Source: Marinicella sp. (GTDB taxonomy: Bacteria; Pseudomonadota; Gammaproteobacteria; Xanthomonadales; Marinicellaceae). Taken from it: DNA of 64,000 nt. The notes under the pieces are model-generated. The model was not told the DNA's origin and ran no database searches. It saw nothing but the letters and a program-made list of their open reading frames with translations. A program made the translations under genes and the position numbers. Numbering within the stretch: the first letter of the stretch is position 1; every line of letters starts with the position of its first letter. Positions 9,180-18,052 of the stretch are shown here, piece by piece. Where the stretch lies: positions 3,424,001 to 3,488,000 of the forward strand of contig OZ246001.1 in NCBI GenBank assembly GCA_965230295.1, read 5' to 3'.

Positions 9180-10214
9180 GTGCAGTCAAAAATAAGGCAT
9201 GTACCAACCAACATCATCACTGGATTTTTAGGCACAGGTAAGACATCCACAATACAGCATTTACTTTCATTTAAACCTGAAAATGAAAGGTGGGCTGTCT
9301 TGGTTAACGAGTTTGGTACAGTAGGTATCGATGCATCATTGTATCAAAACAGACACACTGAGTCCGGCGGCATATATGTACGAGAGGTCCCAGGGGGTTG
9401 TATGTGTTGTGTTTCGGGCTTACCCATGCAAATTGCACTGAATGTATTGTTGAAGCTCTCAAACCCCCATCGCCTGTTGATTGAGCCGAGTGGTTTGGGA
9501 CACCCCGTTGAAGTGGTTTCTATGTTGATGTCTGAACACTACCAAGAAGTTTTAGATATACAAAAAATCATTACATTGGTGGACCCACAACATTTCATAC
9601 AAGAAAAGTACTTTAGCCATGAAACATATCAACAACAGTTGTATATAGCTGACACCTGGGTCATCAATAAAACTGATAAGGCATCGGTACAGCAAATGGA
9701 GGCATTTGAACAAAAGCTGTTTCAAGTTTCGCCTAAACCGGAGAACCAGTTTCACACTAGGTTTGGCCAAATTAATCTTGATTCACTGAATGGCAAAACT
9801 GGCTTTCAAGCTAATGATAAAGTCAATGTTCATGGTAGGAAAGACGTGGTTGATGAAATTCCTGATCAGCCAAATATTCCACCAGACAAAGGGTTTTTAA
9901 AATCCAGTCGATTTGATGAGGGTTATCATGGAACCAGTTGGCGCTATCTAAAAAACATTAAATTCAGTAGATCCTTGTTGCTGGATTGGATTAAAAGTAT
10001 CGAGGCAGAAAGAATCAAAGGTGTTTTTAATACCAATGTGGGAGTGATTGGTTTAAATGTTTTACAAGGTCAAATGCAAATCATTGATTTTGCTGATTGT
10101 GCTGAATCAAAACTGGAAATCATTTCTAAAGACATTAACCCAAGCTGGGATGTAGAACTGGCTGCCTGTGTCATTAAAAATGAAACCAGAACTGTTGTAC
10201 AAGCCTGTAGTTGA
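9180..10214 (+). CDS. COG0523/CobW G3E GTPase (zinc metallochaperone)
   Basis: GFLGTGKT, NEFG, GGCMCC (CxCC), IEPSG and NKTD motifs; GTG start. Confidence 0.92.
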   Translation: MQSKIRHVPTNIITGFLGTGKTSTIQHLLSFKPENERWAVLVNEFGTVGIDASLYQNRHTESGGIYVREVPGGCMCCVSGLPMQIALNVLLKLSNPHRLLIEPSGLGHPVEVVSMLMSEHYQEVLDIQKIITLVDPQHFIQEKYFSHETYQQQLYIADTWVINKTDKASVQQMEAFEQKLFQVSPKPENQFHTRFGQINLDSLNGKTGFQANDKVNVHGRKDVVDEIPDQPNIPPDKGFLKSSRFDEGYHGTSWRYLKNIKFSRSLLLDWIKSIEAERIKGVFNTNVGVIGLNVLQGQMQIIDFADCAESKLEIISKDINPSWDVELAACVIKNETRTVVQACS

Positions 10215-10444
10215 TCTCTGAATTAAAGATGATCAACTCAACAATGAGTGGCCCAACAACCCAATCTGAAAGGTTGATGGTGTTGATACCCTAAGGAGAA
10301 TGGTATCGTCGGACTCTTTCAAGGCCTCAAAACGTAAATTGCTTTTGATTTCGATACATGCTTTACCATCGCTTGTTGAAGGGTTTTTCAATTAATCAAT
10401 TAAAACCAACACATAAAAACATATTTAGATTTATTAATTCACAG

Positions 10445-10467
10445 AAAATGATATAATGTATCATTTT
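10445..10467. promoter_or_regulatory. Putative Zur box 3 (AAAATGATATAATGTATCATTTT)
   Basis: 23-bp near-perfect palindrome 10 nt upstream of the second MerC-like gene. Confidence 0.8.
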
Positions 10468-10477
10468 GGGATTGTTC

Positions 10478-10837
10478 ATGGTTGTTGATAAAGATGTGGT
10501 AGGCGCATTTATTTCAGGCATTTGTTTGGTTCATTGTTTGTTAGGGCCCATTCTTATCTTGTTGGGTGTGGCTTCTTTGGGTCATGCACACACAGATGAA
10601 AAAGCCTTCCATTTTATATTGCTAGTTCCCATACTTATGGTGGCTGCCTGGAGTTTACCCAAAGGCTTGAAAAAACATCACCAACCAATACCTGCAATAT
10701 TGGCTGTTGCAGGAATTTTGCTCTTAATGATTGGATTGGTGTTCATTGAATTAAGCTTAATTTTTTCTGTTTTTGGTTCATTGTCTTTGTTGGTTGCACA
10801 TATATATAACCGTCAGTTGATGAACAAACAGCGATGA
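10478..10837 (+). CDS. MerC-domain membrane protein (paralog 2)
   Basis: DKD..G.F.SG.CL.HC; clearly similar to 7760-8131; ATG at 10478. Confidence 0.85.
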   Translation: MVVDKDVVGAFISGICLVHCLLGPILILLGVASLGHAHTDEKAFHFILLVPILMVAAWSLPKGLKKHHQPIPAILAVAGILLLMIGLVFIELSLIFSVFGSLSLLVAHIYNRQLMNKQR

Positions 10838-10861
10838 GTGCAGAAGTTTTTCAAAAAATTA

Positions 10862-10878
10862 ATGATATGTTGTATCAT
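10862..10878. promoter_or_regulatory. Putative Zur box 4 (ATGATATGTTGTATCAT)
   Basis: Same palindromic core, upstream of the M1 peptidase gene. Confidence 0.65.
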
Positions 10879-11065
10879 GTTGCAGCTGATATGAGCGTTA
10901 CATTGTGGGCTTTATTGGTTATTGATAATTATTAATGTATAGAGGGAAGCACTTGGCAGGCATGTCAGCAAGTGTTCCATTCTAAAAAAATCTTATTCAC
11001 AACACATGACATCAACTTGGTCCAAAAAAGTAAGACTGATACCCATGTTGATGAGGAGCATTGAA

Positions 11066-13507
11066 TTGAAAAACTCATTTATTTTATTGTTGCTGTTCAC
11101 ATTATCTGTTTTCGATACATCTGCAGCAGTTAAGCAGACCAAAGGCGACTTTGTTGACAAGTTCAGACAGTTAGACGAAATTCTTCCCACCCCAAATCGA
11201 TACAGAAATGCTGCGGGAGAACCTGGCATCGCTTATTGGCAACAACAAGTGGACTATGTGATTGATGTCAAGCTGAATGAGCAACAACGAAAAATCAACG
11301 CTGATCAAACAGTGACTTACCACAACAATTCACCCTATACATTGAAATACTTGTGGCTGCAACTGGATCAGAATCGATTCAAGCCTGATTCGATTGCGGA
11401 AAGAACCGCCGAATTTGGAGGCATTGGTCGGCGCGGACCCACCACCAAAAAAGTAACTGATGAAGCACCAGCAGCCATCAGCCTGGGAGAATTGCGCAGA
11501 CAACAATGGCTGTCTGATCATGAACCTGGCTATCAGTTTCAAACTGTTCAAGACACCAGTGGAAATGACTTGAATTACATAATTGTCGATTCGCAAATGC
11601 GAATTGATTTACCCGCAAGCCTTAAACCTGGTCAGCAGTTTCAGTTTAAGTTGGGTTACAGTTACCAAATTTTAGAAGAAAATGCTGTTTCGGCCCGTGC
11701 CGGTTACGAACATTTTCCTGATGACGAGCGCAAAGGCGGTAATGATATTTTCTTGCTGGCTCAATGGTTCCCTCGGTTGCAAGCCTACAGTGATTATGAA
11801 GCTTGGCACAACAAACCATTTTTGGGCCGAGGTGAATTCACCCTGGAATTTGGTGATTATGAAGTCAACATCACTGTACCTGCTGACCACATCGTTTCAT
11901 CTACAGGTACCTTGCAAAATGCAAATGATGTGTTGACCCAGAAGCAGTTGGATCGTTTAGAACAAGCCAAAACTGCCAAGAGACCTGTCTTTATCGTCAC
12001 TGCTGAAGAAGCTTTGAAAAATGAAAAAGCCGGAACCAAAGACAAAAAAACATGGCAATTCAAGGCTGATAACGTGAGGGATTTCGCATGGGCCTCCTCT
12101 AGAAAGTTCATGTGGGATGCCAAAGGTTATCAACAAGAAAGTGCTGAATACCCATTGGTGATGGCCATGTCCTTTTATCCCAAAGAAGGTGGAGATCTTT
12201 GGAAAAAATATTCGACCGAAGCAGTGATCCACACCATGGATGTGTATTCACGGTTTTCATTTGATTATCCTTATCCTGTGGCTCAAAGTGTAAACGGACC
12301 CGTGGGTGGCATGGAATACCCAATGATCACATTCAACGGTCCAAGAACCACGTGGCATGAAGATGGTTCAAGAACGTACACTTTGGCTGAAAAACGATTT
12401 TTGATTGGGGTCGTTATCCATGAAATCGGCCACATTTACTTTCCCATGATTGTCAATTCAGATGAACGTCAGTGGACTTGGATGGATGAAGGCATCAACA
12501 GCTTTTTAGATGGGGTAGCAGGGCGCGAATGGGATCCTGACATCCCTTGGGGTGTAGAACCCAGAGACATTGTAGATTACATGAAATCTGAGGTACAGGT
12601 CCCGATCATGACCCAGTCTGACAGTGTACTCAAATTGGGGCCCAATGCTTATACCAAGCCGGCTGCGGCATTGAACATATTGAGAGAAGTTGTACTAGGC
12701 AGGGAGTTGTTTGATTTTGCCTTGCGTGAATTCTCTCAAAGGTGGCAGTTCAAACGGCCTACACCAGCTGACTTTTTTAGAACCATGGAAGAAGCTTCAG
12801 GCGTTGACCTGGATTGGTTTTGGCACGGGTGGTTCTACACCACTGACCATGTAGATATTTCGATTGATAAAGTCTATCAGCTGCGCATCGATACCCAAAA
12901 CCCAGACATTGATTTTGATCGACAAAGACAACAAGAAGCAGACAAACCCACCTCGTTATTTGTGGAGCGTAATAGACAAGAGGGTAAACGTCTGTGGGTT
13001 GAGTTAAACCCTGATGTTAATGACTTTTACGACAAAAATGACCGATTTACTGTGACCAACAAAGAGCGCAATGAATACCGCCAGAAGATGGCAGATTTGG
13101 AGCTTAAAGAAAGGGAAACCCTGGCCAGGGCAGTCAAAGAAGACTTCAATTATTATGTGATTGATTTTTCCAACCAGGGCGGGTTGGTCATGCCTATTTT
13201 ATTGGAACTGACATATGCCGATGATACCAAGGAAATGATGTATATTCCTGCAGAGATTTGGCGGCGGTCGCCCCATGCTGTCAGTAAACTGATCATTACC
13301 CATCGTGAAGTGAAATCCCTAACGGTTGACCCCCAGTGGGAAACTGCAGATGTTGATATTGAAAACAACCATTATCCACGCAGAATCATCCCGTCAAGGA
13401 TTGAAGCGTTCAAGAAGGAAAAACAAACTGAACCTGAACACAGAGATATCATGCATGACATCAAAACCAAAGCCAAAGACCCCGAAACCAAAAAAAAGAA
13501 GAAGTGA
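11066..13507 (+). CDS. M1 family zinc aminopeptidase (exported)
   Basis: GGMEYP and HEIGH-x18-E (WMDEG) motifs; signal peptide. TTG at 11066 follows GAGGAG; the ORF is open from 11006, so the start is uncertain. Confidence 0.9.
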   Translation: MKNSFILLLLFTLSVFDTSAAVKQTKGDFVDKFRQLDEILPTPNRYRNAAGEPGIAYWQQQVDYVIDVKLNEQQRKINADQTVTYHNNSPYTLKYLWLQLDQNRFKPDSIAERTAEFGGIGRRGPTTKKVTDEAPAAISLGELRRQQWLSDHEPGYQFQTVQDTSGNDLNYIIVDSQMRIDLPASLKPGQQFQFKLGYSYQILEENAVSARAGYEHFPDDERKGGNDIFLLAQWFPRLQAYSDYEAWHNKPFLGRGEFTLEFGDYEVNITVPADHIVSSTGTLQNANDVLTQKQLDRLEQAKTAKRPVFIVTAEEALKNEKAGTKDKKTWQFKADNVRDFAWASSRKFMWDAKGYQQESAEYPLVMAMSFYPKEGGDLWKKYSTEAVIHTMDVYSRFSFDYPYPVAQSVNGPVGGMEYPMITFNGPRTTWHEDGSRTYTLAEKRFLIGVVIHEIGHIYFPMIVNSDERQWTWMDEGINSFLDGVAGREWDPDIPWGVEPRDIVDYMKSEVQVPIMTQSDSVLKLGPNAYTKPAAALNILREVVLGRELFDFALREFSQRWQFKRPTPADFFRTMEEASGVDLDWFWHGWFYTTDHVDISIDKVYQLRIDTQNPDIDFDRQRQQEADKPTSLFVERNRQEGKRLWVELNPDVNDFYDKNDRFTVTNKERNEYRQKMADLELKERETLARAVKEDFNYYVIDFSNQGGLVMPILLELTYADDTKEMMYIPAEIWRRSPHAVSKLIITHREVKSLTVDPQWETADVDIENNHYPRRIIPSRIEAFKKEKQTEPEHRDIMHDIKTKAKDPETKKKKK

Positions 13508-13511
13508 TTGA

Positions 13512-14030
13512 ATGAAAGTACAGTTAGTAAGGAATTTTATGGTAATGGTGTGTTCCTTGAGTGTTTCAACGCTTGCCATGTCACACCAAATGAAAGAATC
13601 CATTTCAGTGATGACTTTCAACCAGAATTCTGGGCTGGTTGAAATCGCCCACAGGATTTATGTGCATGATGCGGAAGTTGTGTTGAAGCACATATCCGAC
13701 CTCAACAGGGATTTGCTGACTGATCATCAGGCACAAAATGATTTTGTACAATACATCGTCAATCACTTTTCAGTGAAATTTGATTCGGTTCCATTGGCTT
13801 TGAAATTATTGGGGCTGGAGATAGAAGGGCAGCATATTTGGATTTACCAGGAATATCCATACTCGGTAAAACCCAATTTCATTTCGGTCAATTATAATGC
13901 CATGATGGATTTATGGCCTGACCAACGGCATGTGATCAACATTGAAGGCCTGGGTTCTGTCAGATCAATGCAGCTACTGAGCGATGATTTCAGTCAAGTT
14001 ATCGATTTAGGAACAGTAAATACTGAGTAA
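13512..14030 (+). CDS. DUF6702-like exported protein
   Basis: Signal peptide then H; 'EI.HR...HDAE' and 'G.E.EG...W.YQE'; commonly found next to this M1 peptidase type. Confidence 0.7.
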   Translation: MKVQLVRNFMVMVCSLSVSTLAMSHQMKESISVMTFNQNSGLVEIAHRIYVHDAEVVLKHISDLNRDLLTDHQAQNDFVQYIVNHFSVKFDSVPLALKLLGLEIEGQHIWIYQEYPYSVKPNFISVNYNAMMDLWPDQRHVINIEGLGSVRSMQLLSDDFSQVIDLGTVNTE

Positions 14031-14309
14031 ATGGCTGTTGTTGGTTTTTATTTTTCAGCCATCAAGGTTTTAGTCATGCTGGTGGTCAGCCCACAAAAAC
14101 GACTAACAACGCAGAGGGGGGGAAAATTGGAACCAGCCCATGGTTAAGTCTGAAATCCACACACGCGGAGTTATTCACCACATGTTTTGCGCCTTGATTG
14201 CGGTGATTTCAACCTTAACAGTGGTCATTCAGTCAGAATTTACAGGCCCCCAATAGGCCAATAGTCACGATTGTGTTGTATGCATTGGATAACCCTTCAC
14301 ACACACAGA

Positions 14310-14325
14310 AGATATGTTGTATCAT
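14310..14325. promoter_or_regulatory. Putative Zur box 5 (AGATATGTTGTATCAT)
   Basis: 14/15 match to the box 4 core, about 78 nt upstream of the M3 peptidase ATG. Confidence 0.5.
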
Positions 14326-14402
14326 CTATCAACTTTGAAAGTCTGTGTGGATATATACAGTCGTTTAATTGACAATTTATTCAACACCGTTATGAGGTTA
14401 AC

Positions 14403-16580
14403 ATGAAAAAAAATATACTGTGGGCACTTTTGATTGCCTTTCTATTCACCGCTTGTGCAGAACAAGAAGCTGTTGAAACACAACCAATTGTTGAAAATCA
14501 AGTAGAAGTACAAGAGGTCATTGCGGTTGCCAACCCGTTTGACCAAAAATGGGATACACCTTTCCAAATTCCTCCGTTTGATCAAATCAAAGATGAGCAT
14601 TACTTGCCAGCAGTTAACAAAGGCATAGACATCTTAAAGAAAGAAATCAACGCCATCACCATCAATGAAGAGGCGCCTTCTTTTGAAAACACCATTGTGG
14701 CATTAGAGCAGTCCGGTAAAGATGTCAGTCGTGTGATGCGTGTCTTTGGTAACATCACTGGTACCGATACCAATGATCAACTCAAAGCTTTACAGGTACA
14801 AATTTATCCCATGTTAACCAGAGAAACCGATGCCATTGTGTTGAATGATGCCTTATACCAACGTGTTGATGAAGTTTATCAAAATCGAGAGTCGCTGGGA
14901 TTGGATCAACAAGATGCCAGGTTGTTGGAATTGGTACACTTGGGCTTCATCCGAGCGGGTGCTTCTTTGGATGATGTATCCAAAGCACGATTGAAAGAAA
15001 TCAATGCTGAAATTTCTTCATTAACCACCAATTTTGCCCAAAATTTATTGGCTGAAACGAAATCTTTTGAAATGGTGGTTACCGATGAAGCGCAACTGAA
15101 AGGTTTGTCAGATCAGATGATCAGTGCCGCGAAAAGCAAAGCTGAAAGTAAAGACAAAGAAAACGCCTGGGTATTTGGTCTGGATAGGTCAACTTATGAA
15201 GGCTTCATGACATTTTCTGAAAACCGTGAGTTACGAAAAATCATGTTTGATGGTTACCGTGCCAGAGGTGCCAATGGCAATGATAATGACAACCGTGATT
15301 TGGTCATGAAAATCTCTAAGTTGAGGGCTGAAAGGGCTCGGTTATTAGGCTATGAAAGTCACGCCCATTATCAACTTGAAACTCGCATGGCCAAAACCCC
15401 TGAAAACACCGAAGCTTTCCTGATGGAAGTCTGGAAGCCCGGCTTAGCCAGAGCCAACCAGGAAAAAGCTGAAATGCAAGCCATCATCGATGAAGAAGGC
15501 CATGATTTTGAGTTGGCTGGACATGATTGGTGGCATTATGCCGAAAAATTACGCGGCAAAAAATATGCCTTTGATGAATCCCAGGTTAAACCTTATTTTG
15601 AATTGAATAATGTGATCAATGGCGCCTTCCATGTGGCCAATGAACTGTTTGGCTTGACATTCACTGAACTGAAAGACACACCCCGATGGCATCCCAACGT
15701 TAAAGTATATGATGTCAGAGGTGAAGATGGGCAACATCTGGGGGCGTTCATGGCAGATTTTTACAGCCGTGATTCAAAACGTGGTGGTGCCTGGATGAGC
15801 TCGTTCAGACTGGCATCATCGGTTGATGGCAAAGTTGTTCGACCTATCATCACCAATAACCTCAATGTGACTCCGCCTGCCGAGGGAGACCCCACCTTAT
15901 TGAGCTTCAATGAAGTCAATACTTTGTTCCATGAATTTGGTCATGGCTTACATGGTTTGATGACCGAAGCCCGCTATGAAAGGTATGCGGGCACCAGCGG
16001 CAGTCCCAGAGATTTCACTGAGTTTCCGGCTCAATTTCTTGAGCATTATGCAGCTGCACCTGAAGTGCTGCCTATTTATGCCAAACATTATCAAACTGGT
16101 GAAGTGATTCCTGCTGAATTACTGGAGAAACTACAGGCTTCAAGAACACATAATCAGGGGTTTAAGACCACTGAATTTATTGCTGCTTCTTTGCTAGATT
16201 TGGCTTGGCACAAAATGAATTTTGATGAATTGAAACAAATCACGGATGCCGATGTTTTTGAAAATGAGACATTGACAGAATATGGTTTGTTGGGCGAGAT
16301 TGGCCCTCGTTACAAGAGTACATATTTTGCGCACATCTTTTCATCGCCCAATGGTTATTCAGCTGGATACTACGCCTACTTGTGGTCTGAGATATTGGAC
16401 GCCGATGGGTTTACAGCTTTCCGTGAAGCTGGTGACATCTATGATGAAACCCTGGCCAATCGAATTGCAGATCACGTTTACAAAGCCGGCGGTAGAGAGC
16501 CAGCTGATGAACTATATAGAAAATTTAGATTGAAAGATCCCACCATCGAACCATTATTGAAGATTCGTGGTTTGGACTAA
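14403..16580 (+). CDS. dcp: M3 family metallopeptidase, peptidyl-dipeptidase Dcp-like lipoprotein
   Basis: Lipobox FTAC; PPFD.I, KRGGAWM, FHEFGHGLH and YSAGYYAYLW motifs. Confidence 0.9.
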   Translation: MKKNILWALLIAFLFTACAEQEAVETQPIVENQVEVQEVIAVANPFDQKWDTPFQIPPFDQIKDEHYLPAVNKGIDILKKEINAITINEEAPSFENTIVALEQSGKDVSRVMRVFGNITGTDTNDQLKALQVQIYPMLTRETDAIVLNDALYQRVDEVYQNRESLGLDQQDARLLELVHLGFIRAGASLDDVSKARLKEINAEISSLTTNFAQNLLAETKSFEMVVTDEAQLKGLSDQMISAAKSKAESKDKENAWVFGLDRSTYEGFMTFSENRELRKIMFDGYRARGANGNDNDNRDLVMKISKLRAERARLLGYESHAHYQLETRMAKTPENTEAFLMEVWKPGLARANQEKAEMQAIIDEEGHDFELAGHDWWHYAEKLRGKKYAFDESQVKPYFELNNVINGAFHVANELFGLTFTELKDTPRWHPNVKVYDVRGEDGQHLGAFMADFYSRDSKRGGAWMSSFRLASSVDGKVVRPIITNNLNVTPPAEGDPTLLSFNEVNTLFHEFGHGLHGLMTEARYERYAGTSGSPRDFTEFPAQFLEHYAAAPEVLPIYAKHYQTGEVIPAELLEKLQASRTHNQGFKTTEFIAASLLDLAWHKMNFDELKQITDADVFENETLTEYGLLGEIGPRYKSTYFAHIFSSPNGYSAGYYAYLWSEILDADGFTAFREAGDIYDETLANRIADHVYKAGGREPADELYRKFRLKDPTIEPLLKIRGLD

Positions 16581-16602
16581 AAACTAATCTTGCATCAAAA
16601 TC

Positions 16603-16635
16603 AAAAAACCACCTCACTGTGAGGTGGTTTTTTTT
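16603..16635. terminator. Bidirectional intrinsic terminator
   Basis: AAAAAACCACCTCA-CTG-TGAGGTGGTTTTTTTT between convergent genes. Confidence 0.9.
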
Positions 16636-16658
16636 ATGCATTGTTTTATGTTTTTGAT

Positions 16659-17402
16659 TTACATCATTCGCTCAATCACCCAATAACAACCCAAAGCGCC
16701 AATCATCAGGCTGCCTGGGACCACAACCAATGAACGGTACTTCGTTTTTTTCATGAATTTAAACAGCAATAAAAACACCACTGTGGCAAAACCCAATTGA
16801 CCAATTTCAACACCCAGGTTAAAACCGAGTAGGGCGCTGAAAAAATGCCCCCCCGGAATGCCCAAGTCGCTCAAAGCACCCGCAAATCCCAAGCCATGTA
16901 ACAAGCCAAAAGCGAACACCAATGCATAGCGCCTCATGCCAGCTGTTTGTTTCATGAAAATGTTCTCAAATGCCACAAAGGCTATAGAAAAGGCGATGGC
17001 CACTTCAATCCAGATACCTTGAAGCACAATAACCCCCATCACACTGAGAATCAACGTCACACTGTGCGCCAAGGTGAACAGTGAGATTTGTATGATCAAT
17101 TGCCTGAATGTGGCAGCTGATAACAGCAAAGCCAAAACAAAGGCCAAATGATCCAGACCCATGGGAATGATGTGTTCAACCCCTAATTGGGTATACAACA
17201 CGAAGGTACTGAATGGTGATCGATCCAATTCAATTTCTGGTAAACCTTCACCCTCAATCGTATTGCTTGCTCGATCCAATTCTGCCAATTGAGCGCACAG
17301 CATGGGATCCATTTCTGCTTCTTGGCAAAAGTCGTCTTCAGGATGACTCCAACCATCACATAACAATAGCATCATGATGATCAATGTTAAGTATTTAATC
17401 AT
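16659..17402 (-). CDS. HupE/UreJ family metal transporter
   Basis: LG.EHI..G.DHL.F, FTLAHSVTL, FGLLHGLGFA and FNLGVEIGQ motifs; ATG at 17402 preferred. Confidence 0.9.
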   Translation of the reverse strand: MIKYLTLIIMMLLLCDGWSHPEDDFCQEAEMDPMLCAQLAELDRASNTIEGEGLPEIELDRSPFSTFVLYTQLGVEHIIPMGLDHLAFVLALLLSAATFRQLIIQISLFTLAHSVTLILSVMGVIVLQGIWIEVAIAFSIAFVAFENIFMKQTAGMRRYALVFAFGLLHGLGFAGALSDLGIPGGHFFSALLGFNLGVEIGQLGFATVVFLLLFKFMKKTKYRSLVVVPGSLMIGALGCYWVIERMM

Positions 17403-17524
17403 TGCAAGTGATTTGGACCAGTCAGTCATAGGGCGGTTGTTCTACAGCACGGGAAGTTTGAGCCGATAGACTAGATGAAATTTCCTATGAAAGCAAGGGC
17501 TTAATGTCATTAAAAATTGAATTT

Positions 17525-17960
17525 GGAAAGCTGCTGAGCAGCTTGACCGGCCAAGCCGGTTAGGCAGTGAGTGGAATAAAGGTGGTTTTGCGAAGCAAAG
17601 AAACCTCATGTGAATGGCGTTATAGCACAGGCAATGAAAGTTGGGCGGTTTTATCGAAGATAAAGAAGCCCGATTTGAATGCCGTAGTGCGTGCGAGGTA
17701 GCAAGTCATGTTCGCCTCGGCAGCTACCGCATCGATCCCCAGGACGGGGTGAATGCAGAAAATTGTTGGGAACAATTCCTGCCTGCTATCGCTGCATACT
17801 TACATCCATGTAAGCAGCCATTTTCACTTTTGTCTGGAACAGGCATGCAGTGCGAAGCAACTGCTCAGACAATAGTCTGTAAAGGTCGGTTTATTTGCGC
17901 AGCAAATATGAAGACCTGTCAGACCATGAACCAGAATGAAGCCCCAAGAAAATTCCTTAA
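17525..17960 (+). repeat. Modular intergenic repeat (MITE/ERIC-like), copy 1, 436 bp
   Basis: Begins GGAAAGCTGCTGAGCAGCTTGACC, ends GAATGAAGCCCCAAGAAAATTCCTTAA; shares modules with four other copies. Confidence 0.9.
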
Positions 17961-18052
17961 ATCACGCATTGTATTTTTTTTAAATTTATTTTGAGCCGTT
18001 TCACGCCTCTTCTCCGAATCTGTAGTTAATCACTACAAAACGGGAGCAGGCA

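Noticed and set aside
10943-10978. Hairpin GGAAGCACTTG...CAAGTGTTCC upstream of the M1 peptidase as a riboswitch
   Set aside because: A single stem with no recognisable aptamer consensus; cannot be supported without a covariance search.
14031-14400. 370-bp gap with a short open frame (…FSHAGGQP…) and DnaA-box-like words (TGGATAAC, TGTGGATAT)
   Set aside because: No credible start or family match for the frame; the boxes are degenerate, with no origin-type gene context.
17525-17960. CRISPR array or integron attC interpretation of the modular repeat (GTTAGGC at a module junction, GCGAAGC hairpins)
   Set aside because: No regular identical repeat-spacer periodicity and no cas or intI gene. There is no consistent RYYYAAC...GTTRRRY pairing flanking ORFs, and GTTAGGC occurs in only two of five copies.
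17641-17994. ORFs 17641-17994, 27682-27888 and 49365-49574 sharing SLLSGT.MQCEATAQTIVCKGRFI.AANMKTCQTMNQNEAPR
   Set aside because: They are translations of the repeat. They have TTG starts without clear RBS, differing N- and C-termini, and the shared segment is absent from copies 4 and 5. Ribosome profiling would be needed to revive them.
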